Below, in pieces: positions 13,248 to 26,360 of a stretch of DNA of 64,000 nucleotides (position 1 is its first letter; every line of letters starts with the position of its first letter). Source of the stretch: Eledone cirrhosa (lineage: Eukaryota); NCBI GenBank assembly GCA_964016885.1, contig OZ024745.1:77376001-77440000 (forward strand), read 5' to 3'. The position numbers were made by a program, and so were the translations under genes. The notes under the pieces were generated by a model. The model ran no database searches. It saw only the letters and a list, made by a program, of their open reading frames with translations, and had not been told where the DNA came from.

Positions 13248-13907
13248 GTATAATATATATATAGAGAGAGAATTAGGATTTTCACTACAGCATAGCTGGG
13301 TACATATAAAGTTTGTATATTGGATAATATATGATAGGTTCACAAATAAGCATTTGAAAGCTTTTAGTTATGAATTTTAAAGGCGATGACTACTGACATC
13401 TACCTTGTTCCTGCAGAAGCAAGGGAGAAGCAACCAACAGCGCTGTTTCTGACTTTGTGGTTGTTGTCAAGGTTATGCACCCTTCTTCATTTCATACTGA
13501 AACTCAAATAAGCTGCAAACATAGTTTTAATGCTTATGTATACAGGCTGATTAGCATCATTTGTAGATGGAGCTTTAGGCTGGCTCGAACTGAACAAGAA
13601 ATAGAATTAGGATGTTTACTCCAACATAGCTGTATACATACAGGTATGTAAAGTTTGTATGTACATATATATCTCAGAATGTAAGGGTTTTTTTATATCC
13701 CACTCAGCTAAAAATATAGGAAAAGCAAGCTAAAATACTATAAGAATCTATAAGAAGATTTATTTACATAAAATCAGAAAACTGTGAAACAGTAAAGTTA
13801 TTGTAAATAAATCTTCTTAAAGACTCCAATTACATTTTCAACTTGTTTTTTCTATATTTTTACCTGTGTGGAATATAAAAAAAACACCTTTATTTTATAT
13901 ATATATG

Positions 13908-15080
13908 ATAGCAGCAGGACCTGGCGTTGCACGGGGTAGGAAACGTGAAATAACAACGCGCATATGCAAAGATTGAGGAATGTAACTGTGTAATTCCCTT
14001 GTTCATATACTGGAAACGTAGAACACCAGCAGGCCTGAATCGTTAAACATCTGCATGCATGTGCAAAATCTGAAGAAAATCAGCTGGATACTCTTTAAGC
14101 CTACTAAATCTTAGAGTATGATTTTTCTTCCATTTGGAGAAAATCGGTTAGGTATCTTTTTGAGTTTTCACAACCAGTCATCTGGACAGGCATCATCAGT
14201 TATGCACCTGCATGCATACTGTACAGAGTAAAGCCTGTGATGCTTGAGTAAGACATGTCATACAACCACACAGCATGTTGGGCCTTCCCCACAGGAGACC
14301 ATAGCCTCTTCGTAAATCTACCCAAAGACCGAACTGTTATATCGGATGCCGAACGCTTCAGAGTTACTATTGGGGTCACCATCGATAATTTTAAGTGGGG
14401 GCACTGCGGAATTAGCACAATCGCTGTTTGGCGTACTTGCGCAGGGCGTTCATACTGCAGTGTGGGCGCAACAAAAGGGGTCTTAGTAGTAGTAGCACAG
14501 ACGTAAGTTTTACGGTGTCAATAACACAGCAACGTACACAGGGCCTGGATTTGCGGGTGACGAAAGCACGAAGCGTCAACAGGGTGGCGACAAAAATTTT
14601 AAGGTCCTCCTCATTTCCTTAATTCCCCAAAAATGGTCCTGCTTAAAAGTAAGTGTTGTGTCCTCTGTTAAATAAACTAAATTTTTAACGAAATATTATA
14701 CACTACTTACGATGTTTAAGTAGCGTTTATATTGAAAATGAAAATGCTAATTTGTAAATTTCCTAGAAACCATTAATGGAACCAAAATGTTTTTGTCCAC
14801 AGCAATACGAAGGGACTAACTAATGTTTGCTGCAAATTATGAGGAAATCGGCTGGATTATCTTTAAGTTACGTCTCAAAAAAGCTTAAAAATGCCTAAAA
14901 AATGTGGTTTTTCACCTAATGCCCTAGAGCAGAAAAAGTTAAAATTTTTTAACCCATTGCACTTCAAGAAATATAAGTAACGCATGTGTAAAGTTTGAAA
15001 GTAAAAAATCGGTTGGGTAATTCTCGAGTTTTAGGGATTTACACAGACAGACAGACATCCTCTGTTTTATATATGTATAT
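13908..15080 (-). mobile_element. Non-autonomous Helitron-like element with GC-richer internal segment
   Basis: On the minus strand it starts with a TA-rich end and (TGTC)n, and ends with a degraded GC hairpin (CCCGTGCAACGCCAGG) near a CTAG-like terminus. Both ends resemble 60365-61129. Confidence 0.65.
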
Positions 15081-15789
15081 ATATATATTAATTTATGTTT
15101 TGTGGTTCACCATTGGATTGACCTGGTCATTCTATTTAATTAACCATGATGTAATAGTAGGCAAAGCACTTTGTTCTGCAACTCTTCCATCGTTGACGTT
15201 GAATCCCGTGGCTGGTGCTGTCACAGAGTTATATGTTTATTTGATTAAAACAACAGGAGACCCGACTGGACATATCCTTCTAAAGTTTTATTGTTGCAAA
15301 ACCATTTTATATATTTCAATGGCCTTGTTATGTAAGACCCTGGCAATTTCATCAGGAAAGAAATTTTGACTTTTAAGTATAAGCGATTTGTTACAGCGTG
15401 CCCTCCTAGAATAGGGGCTGTGGAATATCCAAGAGTTAATAACAAAGTAATGTTCTATACAAAAATTGGTACAGGTTTGAATCTTATGAAAGGTGCTGTG
15501 TTGGACTGTTTCAATCATGCTTCAACAGCTGGTTCATATCCCATGTTTGCTTGATTATGGGAATTACCATTTTGTAGAGGATAAATGTCATTAAATAAAC
15601 TGCAAACAAAATATCAGATCAAGTTTATATCATTTGCATGTCAAACATGTAGTTTTCCCTTTCCATACATTTGTATGTATTACAAAACATGCGTGCATAC
15701 TTTTGAAAATCATGAAACTTGTGAAACCAGTTAATTTAGAAATTGTTGTAAATAAGCCTTCTTAAAGACACCAGTTGCATTTTCAACTC

Positions 15790-16172
15790 CTCATCATATT
15801 TTACGTCTGCTTTTCCCTGCTTGCAAGGGTGGGACAGGAACTGATTCTGGCTTGATTTCTACAGCTGGATGCCCTTCCTAACACCAACCTCATTTACAGT
15901 GAGTGCTGGGCGCTTTTTTTCCGTGGCGCCTACACGTCCACTTAACAGTGTGGGCTGGTTGCTTTTTTGCCGTGGCACCTCCACGACCACTTTGCAGTGG
16001 AATGATAGGGACCCCAGTCCCTATCATCTCATTTCTACAGCTGAGTAAACTGGAGCAATGTGAAATAAAGTGTCTTACTCCAGGAAACAACACATCACTT
16101 GGTCTGAGAATTGAACTCACAACCTTTCGATTGCAAGGCCAATGCTCTAACCACTAAGCCATGTGCCTCCAT
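15790..16172 (-). mobile_element. tRNA-derived SINE whose 3' half matches the RTE 3' UTR. Partial copy 57185-57400(+); same head at 42540-42660(-)
   Basis: Head TGGCTTAGTGGTTAGAGC...GAGTTCAATTCTC, central GTAAGACACTTTATTTCAC, then CCACTGCAAAGTGGTCGTGGAGGTGCC... as in 34755-34915. Confidence 0.8.
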
Positions 16173-17321
16173 GTATATATATATAATGGAGTTCTATGAA
16201 CTAAATTTTATTCAAACGTTGGTCAGCCTAAGGTAAAAGACATGCACTCAAAGTGCCATACTATAGGACCATACCTAGAACCATATAGTCGTGAAATAAA
16301 ATTCATAACCATACAGCCACATCTGCATTTATTAATTTAACTTTTTTTTCTCATGTCTGATGATGAGAGGAACCAGAAAATGAATGGGTTGAGTTAGATT
16401 GGTTTGACTGATGTAAGAATATGTGGAGAGAAATATTCTTTCCTCTATCGGACAGTAGTTTTAAGAATGGAAAATTGTATGTAATGTTTTGTATGGAGAT
16501 TATTAAATGAAATATTAATATATATTATTAAAAGTGATGAGTGTATAGAAGATGCCATTAGAATATTCTAAACAACAGTCTTGTCTGGTAGAGATGAGTT
16601 AATTTCAAAATCTTTTTCTTTACTGTTTAGCCAGGGGTACTAGGACAGTGCTCATGACCTTTTCAGGTTCTCCATGACTGGTAGGGGGGAAGGGCAGAAG
16701 GTATCTGCAAACTGAAAACCTGGTCTGAATGTTTGCAACAATTTGCAAAATGTATCCAAGGGCCATGAGGTGTTTTTAAAAGTCTACCACATGTTCACTA
16801 CAGCTATATTTGAACTCAGAGCACAAAAGAACTGGAACAAATACCTGACATTCTAACAATTCTGGCAATCCACCCACCTGGGACTAGTACTTTATTTCAA
16901 CAACGGCAAATGGATAAAATACAAAGTTGACCTTTGAAGGATTTTAACTCAAGGATCTTATAAGTAACAGAGTAAAAACAATATCCTCAACTATCAAATG
17001 ATATTTAAATAAAAATGTTCTCTTTCTATGTTTAGAATTAACCAATGATGAAAGTGGAACTACGTATAGCCATATTGATATGAGGTTTAGAACCATAATG
17101 AAATATTTAAAATTTCACCTTGCTTGTATTTTGAAGACTTTTCAAAAAACTTCTTCCATTTCTCTTCTATAAAATTTTTCCAAATTCGTTTAAATTCAAT
17201 TTTTTGGTGAATATAATTTTATGTAAAATAATGACTTTATTGAATTTAATTGAAGTTAATTTCCTTTCCAGTGTTTTCCAAGTTCTAGTATTGGTCACTC
17301 CTGACCATTGTATATGGAATA

Positions 17322-17363
17322 ATGTCTTCTAAACTAGTAACAGAATGGTTGGCTGAATACAAG
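17322..17363 (+). CDS. FAM126: Hyccin/FAM126 family protein (PI4KIIIalpha complex subunit), first coding exon
   Basis: ATG at 17322 encodes MSSKLVTEWLAEYK, then AAG|gtatgt donor. Resembles the vertebrate hyccin N-terminus (VVEEWLSEFK). Upstream acceptor ttcctttccag ends at 17271, suggesting the exon starts at 17272. Confidence 0.85.
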
Positions 17364-19076
17364 GTATGTAAACATTGTCTTTTTATCTGTAAAGATTGTA
17401 AAAATCTATATAGCAATTGTTCATCTCTAGGTTGTTCCTGATCTAAGAACCTTATGATTAACCCTTTAGTATTTACATTACTCTATATTTACTATTATAT
17501 TTTCATGGTATTATCTCACATAATATGGAAACTACAATATTTCGATGATATTATTTTGAAAACAATACCTTAAAGTCAGTATGAGCTTCTGGCCGGATAT
17601 AGCTGGTTTAAATGCTAAAGGATTAAAGACATTTCAGTCATGGTTATCTCATGTTAGGAATATCTAAGACTGTATAATCTGATGCGTCCTTTCCTTTTTT
17701 AGGAGGTGAGGTGTCACTTGAGGAAATTTAGCTGCTACCTTTAGCAAGTTGAACAGTCAGTCACACAGAGGTTTCCTTCTTGGTTTGTTAATTCACCTCC
17801 ACCCTACTTCCCTTTAATTGTAGTCAGGGCTTGTAGACTAAGATCTTTTGTTTTGTTTTTTTTTCATAGCACATCTTAAAATTTTGAAATTCTATCCCAC
17901 ACCCCTTGGCCTAGCACATAAGACAAAAGAAGTTGAATTTTTAGGTCAAATTATCAGCTATTTAGCTGCTACTATTTAATTAATTAATTACTATGATTAA
18001 TAAATACAAATATTTGAAAATAACAGACAATATCCAATCAAAATATTTTAATCTTTAATGTGACTTCTGTTCTTGCTTCTTCTCTGCACCCCAAGAACTG
18101 AATCTTGCATTCCTTGTTCTAGGATGTTGAAGAAGGCATTGCCATAAGTCTGAGTTCAAATCTTGCTGACATTAACTTTGCCTTTCATCCTTACGGGGGG
18201 TCGATAAAATAAAGTACCAGTAATGCACTGGGATAATTGCTGGCCTTGAGCCAAAAGTAGAAACAATTATGTATGGGTGTAAGATATTTAACTGTATCAA
18301 CCAAGCAAATCAACTACTTATTGAAGACTCTATATAGTTGATTTGGTTGGTTGAGCCAGTTGACACCAGACACTTATATTGCCTCCAACTTACTTTCTGG
18401 CATGAAAAATGCCATAACTCCCTACAATTAACTCTTAGTATCCTATAATGATTTAGTGGAAACTATCTAAAAACTAGTTTGTTAATTCAAATGTTTAAAG
18501 TATCTTTACTGGTGGACAGTCAATTTTTAAAATTTGCAGTATTAGAGTAAAGGCTTTAATTTGTAATGCAATGCAGTCATTGGGCTCTTTTGTATTTTAC
18601 AAGAATATCTTGTAAAGTTTTATGTGGTACAAGATATTAAAAGTCATAGGATGGTTTGTAGTGAATTAACAGATATTCAAAGACCCAGTCTTGGCGATGC
18701 AACAGTAGTAATAGTAGTTTCTAATTTTGGCACAGTGCCAGAATTTTTGGGAGGAACAGAAAGTCGATTATATCGACCCTTTTTTCCCACCAGTACTTGA
18801 CTGTTGGTTTATTTTATTGACCTTGGAAGGATGAAAGGCAAAGTTGACCTTGGCAAGGTTTAAACTTAGAGTATAAAGGCCAGAAGAAATACTGCTAAGC
18901 ATTTATCTGATGCTCTGACTCTGCTAATCCACTGTCCTCATCATTAGAAGTAATAATAATAATAATTGTTTCTACAATAGGCACAAGGCCAGCAATTATA
19001 CCAGTATATTACTGGTACTTTATTTTATCGACCCCCGTTAGGATGAAAGGCAAAGTTAACCTTGAATAATAATAAA

Positions 19077-21136
19077 TCATCATCGTTTAACGTCCATGTT
19101 CCACGTTTGCATGGGTTTGGACGGGAGTTTTCCCACTTGAGGCAAGAGTGGTTGTCTTGCTCGCATAGGACTGTCTGGCGGGTTTTCTACAGTTGGATGC
19201 CCTTCCTAACACCAACCACATTTACAGTGTGGGGCTGGGAGGTTTTTACCGTGTTGCCTACACGGCCACATTACAGCGTGGACTGTCTGGCGTGTTTTCT
19301 ACAGCTGGATGCCCTTCCTAATACCAACCACATTTACAGTGTAGGACTGGGAGATTTTTACCGTGTTGCCTATACGGCCACATTACAGCGTGGACTGTCT
19401 GGCGGGTTTTCTACAGTTGGATGCCCTTCCTAACACCAACCCCATTTACAGTGTGGGGCTGGGAGGTTTTTACCGTGTTGCCTACACGGCCACATTACAG
19501 CGTGGACTGTCTGGCGGGTTTTCTACAGCTGGATGCCCTTCCTAACACCAACCACATTTACAGTGTGGGACTGGGAGGTTTTTACTGTGTTGCCTACACG
19601 GCCACATTTACAGCGTGGACTGTGTGTTTTTTTTTTTGTCGTGACACCTACACGATCTCATTTGTTTTGGCCTGGATTTTGTGGCACCAACATAACTTTA
19701 CATTGAAAGGGGCGGTGTGGATGGGGTGGGGGTGGTGGGACGGGGGTGTATTTTGTTAGAGATGCCTACTGACTGTAGTAGGTTTTACTTTGTATTTAGG
19801 TAAGGCGGGTCTTCTCTATTACTGAGTACCGCCAAAGGTCTCGGTCCAGTGACATTGTCTTGGAGAGGTGTAAGTGTATGAGGTCGGAATTTATCAGCTC
19901 GTCCCAGGTTTTTCTGGGTCTGCCTACTCCGTGGCTACCGTCTATCTTTATTACCCTGCACTTTGCTATACAGCTGTCGTCTTTCATGCGCATCACGTGA
20001 CCATACCAACGTAGCCTTCTCTCGAGTAAACAACATCTGATCCCTCTTATTTCTAATTTTTTCCTTAGTTCGTTTATGCTTTGCCGTTCGTGTATATTAC
20101 TATTACACATCCAGCGGAGCATGCAAGCTTCGTTCCTCTCTAGTCTGCGTATATCCTCTGCACACAATGCCCAGGTCTCACTGCCATGCAACATTGCTGT
20201 TCGTATGCAGGCATCATACAACCTGCCTTTCATTTTTAGGGAGAACCCTTTAGCGGCTAATAGTGGTATAAGCTTTCTGAACTTTTTCCATCCAGTTCTG
20301 ACTCTAGCTACTGTACTTTCAGAGCACCCTCCCCCACTGCTGATTTTGTCACCCAGGTAACGGAAGCTGTCCCCTATTTCTATAGAAACCTCTGCGCAAT
20401 TGAAAGAGCTAGTATTTAGTGGGCACTTGCTGCTACTTATTGCACCAGAGCACCGGCCACATGTAAAATCTGTGTTCTTAGTCAGCTTACCTGTGATCCC
20501 ACTACATCTTTTATGAACCCATACTTTGCATTTGGGACATAAAATGGAGTTTCTACCTACGCCTTTCCTACACACTGAGCATGGCCATTTCCCGGAAGGG
20601 ACCGGCGCCTTATTTTCTTTCCTACAAACTAGAACTTTAGTCTTAGCCAGGTTAATTTTAAGGCCTTTTGATTCTAGGCCATGATTCTAGGCCTTTTGAT
20701 TCTAGGCCTTTTGATTCTAGGCCTTTTGATTCTAGGCCGTGCTTCCATGTTTGGAATTTCTTCTCTAGCTCGGCCATTGATTCAGCTATGAGCGTTAGAT
20801 CATCTGCGTATAGGAGTTCCCATGGGCAGCCGGTCTTGAACTCCTCTGTTATAGCCTGAAGGGCAATAATAAATAGTAGGGGGCTAAGAACAGAGCCCTG
20901 ATGGACACCAAATTTTACGCTAAACTCTTCACTATATTCGTTGTTAATTCTAACCTTGCTCAGTTTCTTTATACATGGCTTGTATAGCTCTCACAAGCCA
21001 TTCGTCAACACCTAGTTTTCTAAGAGCCCACCAGATAATGGAACGGGGGACTCTGTCGAAGGCTTTCTCCAAGTCGACAAAGGCTAAGTATAGGGGTTTA
21101 CTTTTAGCTAGGTACTTCTCCTGTAGTTGTCGTACA
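19077..21136 (-). mobile_element. 5'-truncated RTE LINE (RT to C-terminus plus 3' UTR)
   Basis: FVDLEKAFDRVP, LLYADDL and the 259-aa C-terminal ORF 19796-20575; (CAT)n tail; frame broken by a tandem expansion at 20661-20738. Confidence 0.93.
19169..19617. repeat. Tandem array of 4 x ~112 bp inside the RTE 3' UTR
   Basis: GACTGTCTGGCG recurs at 19169, 19281, 19393 and 19505. Confidence 0.92.
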
Positions 21137-22291
21137 ATGAAAAGAAATGTAGTTCTTTATTACAAATTAACACTTTTTATATCAAACCAACTGAAATTGC
21201 CCTTGGTTTTACAAAACTATGCTCTTTATTTTAAAGTGTATATATTTATCTAAAAATGTTCCATCATAATTTTATGTAGAACCATTATGTTCCAAACACC
21301 AGCTTAATGAGAAAGTTAGTTATATTACGAAATCCCTCTAAATTCTTGATTATTTTCAAATGTATTGAAAAATTCTAAGCAGTATCATTCATTAAAAATA
21401 GGTAATGAAAGGGTTAAAATAGATGTGAATCCACTAATAATGACTATACTAAAATGATTCACATTTCATTAAACTGAGCTTCACCAATTTGAAGTAATTC
21501 TGTTTGTGATTTTTATTGTTTAATGTGAAAGGGGACACATACATACCCCTTCCTCACTACTCAGTGAACTGGTGGATAGGACGGGGGAGTTAATGAGTTC
21601 AATGTTTAATTTGAATTCTTACAGGTTTGTGAGAGTCACTGGCCGAGTGAGAAAAAGAGAGGGGGAGAGAGAAAGCAATGTGTGTAGAATGGGGTCTGGA
21701 GGAAAGCCAGATTGACTATTTATACATTAGTTCCTAGGCTAATGTAAAAACCTCTGTGAAACTCCAATAATAGTTTTTTTTAGAAGCAATCTGTTTCATT
21801 TGTTAATTCTTCTGATTGTGGATAACGGTTGTATTTTAATGGAGGATGCAAACTTAAGCATGTTTGCACAAATTTACAATCTAATCCTTACTACCTCCAT
21901 TTCTTAGAACAAATGCATGGTGGAATAGGAACAGTAACTTATTTTTAGCTTAACATTTTTAATACCAGCCTACCTGAAACTGCTCTGGATTAATGATACA
22001 AAACTGCTCATTTAAAAATATTTATCCTGAATTAAAACCTTTCATGATATTTTTATTTTAGAAATGTTTAAGTAATGTTCTAAATATCAGTTTACCAATG
22101 AAGAACTTAGTTATTTGATTGAATTCTTCCAAATTTTTGGTTATTTTTAAAATTATTTGAAGTATATAGGTAGTGTATTTCATTAGAAATATGGTAATGA
22201 AAGAGTCAAAGAACATTTAAAAGGCATTGGAAAAATACAGGTTAAATTAGAATAAAAACCTCAGATATTTCCTCAGATCTTGAATAAGACT

Positions 22292-22441
22292 TACCATAGT
22301 TCCCAGCGTTGAAGACGCTACTTTTTTCCTAAAATAAGTCTAAAAAATCTACCTTGTGTCCTGGAGGCCAAAGGTTGTTTATTATTTTTTTTCAAATATT
22401 TGGTTGTCAAAATTAGGGTGCGTCCTCAGCGCCGGGAAATA
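22292..22441. mobile_element. Possible pogo/Tigger-like MITE
   Basis: Imperfect terminal inverted repeats TACCATAGTTCCCAGCG ... CGCCGGGAAATAC. Confidence 0.4.
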
Positions 22442-23291
22442 CTTAATGCTATCCACTTTACAACATGTACTGGGAACATTTTATTTTGACCCTAACACTA
22501 CCCCCTTCCAGAGTAGACTGGGTGCTTTTTATCCTGTTTCTCTTACTCTCTTCCTTCCCATCCTCTCTCAGTTGCACAGAGTTTGTGAAAAAATCTGCAC
22601 AAAAAATGGAAACTGGCAAGATATCACATCAAGTTTGAAGTTGTCCATGTTTGTGTGAATAAGTACCAGTGATATAGTGGTGGCAGTCTGAACAATGAAC
22701 AATTGAATCAACTAATATACCTTTTATTTGACCCCAATAAAAATATTGGCTTTATGCCTGGTTGAAATGAATTATTATTTCCAAATATAGTGTTTGGGTT
22801 ATAATTATCAGCAAATATTAAAATAATCAACCTTCAACCATTCATTACAATTACCATCAATACCACGACCATCACGACCACGACCACCATCATCACAACC
22901 ACTTCCACACAGTCTATACTAGTTTTACTATTGCTATGATTATGATATATATATATATATATATATATATTGGTGTGTGTTGATTTTTTTTTCTCTCTTC
23001 TGTTAGCTTCTTTTTTATCCTTTATTTCCCTAATCTAAAATCAATATCAATGACGCGCTAGTGTGTACTGTATTGCAAATCATTACCTTCTAGTATTGCT
23101 TATCCTGCTTTCTACTGTTTTGATGATGACAACTTTTAGAACAGCTGGAAAAAAAAATTATATATTTATTTGTTTATTTTAAATCACACATAATTCATAT
23201 GTTATGTATAAACACAGTTATATTCATACATATATTTATTGTATTATAATTGAAAAGCAAGATGACTGAGGTTGGTAAATTTTATCTTATG

Positions 23292-23339
<48 letters not shown>

Positions 23340-23844
23340 ATTTTATTTTTCAAATCTTTTAATTTAAATTTTAATGTTATTTTAAAGTCAATGAATGTGT
23401 GTGTTATATACTTAATGCTAAGTTAATTCTTGCTCATCAAATTGTACTGCTTGAGGAAGTAAAGTAACTGTCAGAGATAAATAGTGCCCACCAGTTGAAT
23501 GCAACCTAAAGAGGGTGGGACCATTCATAATAGGATAGGATGGTTATAGTGCTTTGAGATTATTTCTGTTAGAGTAGGCTTCTTTTTCTTTGGTTTCATT
23601 TGGTTTTGTTCAAATTCTCCGCCATCTACCTACCACCCAGTGTCAGCTTTCCTCCTCACACCCTACCACCCCTCCTCTCATTAAATGTATATTGACCTGG
23701 CCTGCTTATATCATTGATGGTGTTACTGATGCTGTTATATGATGTTCTCTTTACATGTATTGAGCAAATAAATCAAAGGGAGATCATTGATTGATGAGCT
23801 GCAAACCAACTAGCCAAGTTGTTTTAAAGCACATCTAACTGCCA

Positions 23845-25230
23845 CCCTTCTCTATCTGTCTGTCTGACTCTCTCTCTCTCTGTATGACTCTCTCTCTCTC
23901 TATATATATATATTTCTGTTTCATTTTATGCCCCCTTCCCCATTGCTCTCCTCACTTTCACATTCTCCCTCTAGTTTTCCTTTATTTTTTTTTTTAATCT
24001 TTTTTTACCTGTCATTCTCCTTCCAGCTTTTGTATTCCTCCTTCTCTCTCTTTCTCTTTATCTTGTCACTCTTTCTGTCACTTTCTCATTGTCTTTCTCA
24101 CTTCTCTTTTCATCCTTACATTATTCCCCTTTCCTTTCTCTCTGTGTTAATCTTCCCCTCCCTCACCTTTATTTTCTAATTCATTCTCATTCTCCTCTTC
24201 TACTTCTTTTATTTTCGCTTTCTTTCTCAAGTTCTTACATTCTATTTTTCCTCCTCTTCATTTCATTCTCTTACTTCATCTCTCATTGTCTGTCTTATTC
24301 TCATTCTTCCATTTCTTTTATTCTCACTTTCTTCCTCTGCTTTTTTTTTCTTCTGCTCTAATTTTATCTTTATTCGTCTCTTATTTTCCTTCCTTTCTCA
24401 TTCTCCTACATCAGTTCTCATTCCTCTCCTCTCATACTCATTATTCTTCTCAATTTCTCCTCTTCAGTTGTATACTGTTTCTTTTCCTCTCATAATTTAT
24501 GTTTTTCTAGACACTCTTTTTCTCTTTCATTTCCCTTTCATTTTCTCTTTCATTTCCCCCACATCTCTCTATCTTTCATTTTTCCTATGTCTGTCTGTCT
24601 TTTATTTTCCCACTCTCCCTCTTTCTGTTTAATTTCACATATCTCTTTTCTTTCGTTCTCTCTTGTACCAATTTCTCCTCTATTCTCCCCTGTTCCTTGT
24701 TACACCTTTAACACTCTTCCTTTTTCAGTGTTCACTTGTCATTATTTTCTGCTTTGGATTGGCAGTATCAGTAGAGGGTCAGACGCCATGCTTTGAAGCA
24801 TAGAGTTACCTCCCTTTATGATCTGAGTTCAAATCCCACCGAGGTTAACTTTGCCTTTCATCCTTACAGTGTCAATAAAATAAAGTACCAGTAATACATT
24901 GGGATAATTGCTGGCCTTGTGCCAAAAGTAGAAACAATTATTTTCTGCTTCTCTTTCTGTATTTCTAATTCTCTCCTCTCTCTTTATGTTATACACCCTA
25001 ATCTTTACTCTTTCATTTTTCTTCTCCCCTCTGCCTCATCTCTCACATTCTTCCGTCTGTACCCTTAGTTTTCAATGTCTTCCCAGGATTCTCATCTATT
25101 TCTCTCCTTCATCACTTCTCATTCTCCCATTTTGCCATTGACATTCTTTCATTCTCTGGCTCACTTTATATTCTACCATTCATTTCATCTAACTGTGATA
25201 AATTCTCTCACACCCTCACTCTCTATATCA
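23845..25230. repeat. Long pyrimidine-rich (CT/CTT) low-complexity tract interrupted by a SINE
   Basis: Strong C/T bias on the plus strand; source of the F/L/S-rich spurious ORFs. Confidence 0.9.
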
Positions 25231-26119
25231 CTTTTGATACCAATGCACCCAAAACTGCCTGTTTCTATGAAACAAAATCATCCATTTTAAAGGGGTTTTA
25301 CTTGAATTAAAACTTTCCAACATAAATTTATATAAGAACATTTTATGTTACAAATACCATCTTAATGAAATCATAATTTTATAAATGCATCACAAATTCT
25401 TCATTAACTAATTAAAATACAAAGTATTTCATTAGAAATACAGTAACTCTCTATATGTATACTTTTACTGGTCTTAGTCATTTGAGTGGGGCCATGATGT
25501 TGGAGAATTGCATTTAAATGTTTTTAGTTGATCACATTATCTCAAGTAATTGTTTCAGTTTGCTATATATTTTATTGATAATTATTTATCAAATTTCTTG
25601 TTACACTTTTTGGCATTCCACTAGAGTTTACATAAGATACACAAAAACACAGACTCATATATCTGTACATAATGGACTTCAGCCCAGATTTTGTCTTCCA
25701 GATTTTATTCATATTATACATGCCACACATACAACTTTTTAGAAGCATAGTATGAATAAAGATTAAAAATTATAAACAATGCAGATTTTTTCATTTGAAG
25801 TATATGATCTTTCTTTCAATGCTCCTCCTATCAAACAGAAATACAAACAATAGAAAAGAAATGAGGTTTCTACTTATGACCTCAAATTTGGACTCCATTG
25901 AGATAGCAGTTTGTTAACCCTTTTGTTACCATATTTCTCCTGAAATACATTACCAAAATGTTTCGATAAATTTTTAAAATAATAAAAAATTTGGAGGAAT
26001 TTAGTAATATAATGGACTTTCTTATTATTAAGCTGGTGTTTGGAACATAACTGAATAAAAATGTTTTACATAACATTATTGTCATCATCCAGTTTTTGAT
26101 TATGCAGGATACAATTAAT

Positions 26120-26360
26120 CTCTAAGTATGGGTGGGTCCTGCCTGACAGTGCTCCATGTGTTTCTGTCCGCTGATCTCACATTGGGACCAGGCAAGCCTA
26201 GCTTGATCCTGATGGACATCCTCCATCCAAGTCCTTTTTGGTCTTCCTGGACCTCTACTGCTTCCTGGATTGACATTCATCACTTTGTTGATCCAGCCTT
26301 CCCTGCACTCGACATGGCCATACCAGCGCATAGATCTCATGTGAAGCACATCTTGGAAGT
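26120..26360 (-). mobile_element. RTE-clade LINE 3' fragment
   Basis: MRWYGHVECREGWINKVMNVNPGSSRGPGRPKRTW. Confidence 0.75.

Noticed and set aside
14160-14205. Minus-strand CTGATGA...GAAA hammerhead candidate
   Set aside because: No stem I or stem III complementarity around the core.
19169-19617. CRISPR-like periodic array
   Set aside because: Whole units repeat with no unique spacers, there are no cas genes, the context is eukaryotic, and it lies in a LINE 3' UTR.
23928-25290. Hydrophobic F/L/S-rich ORFs resembling membrane proteins
   Set aside because: Translation of a CT-rich low-complexity tract.
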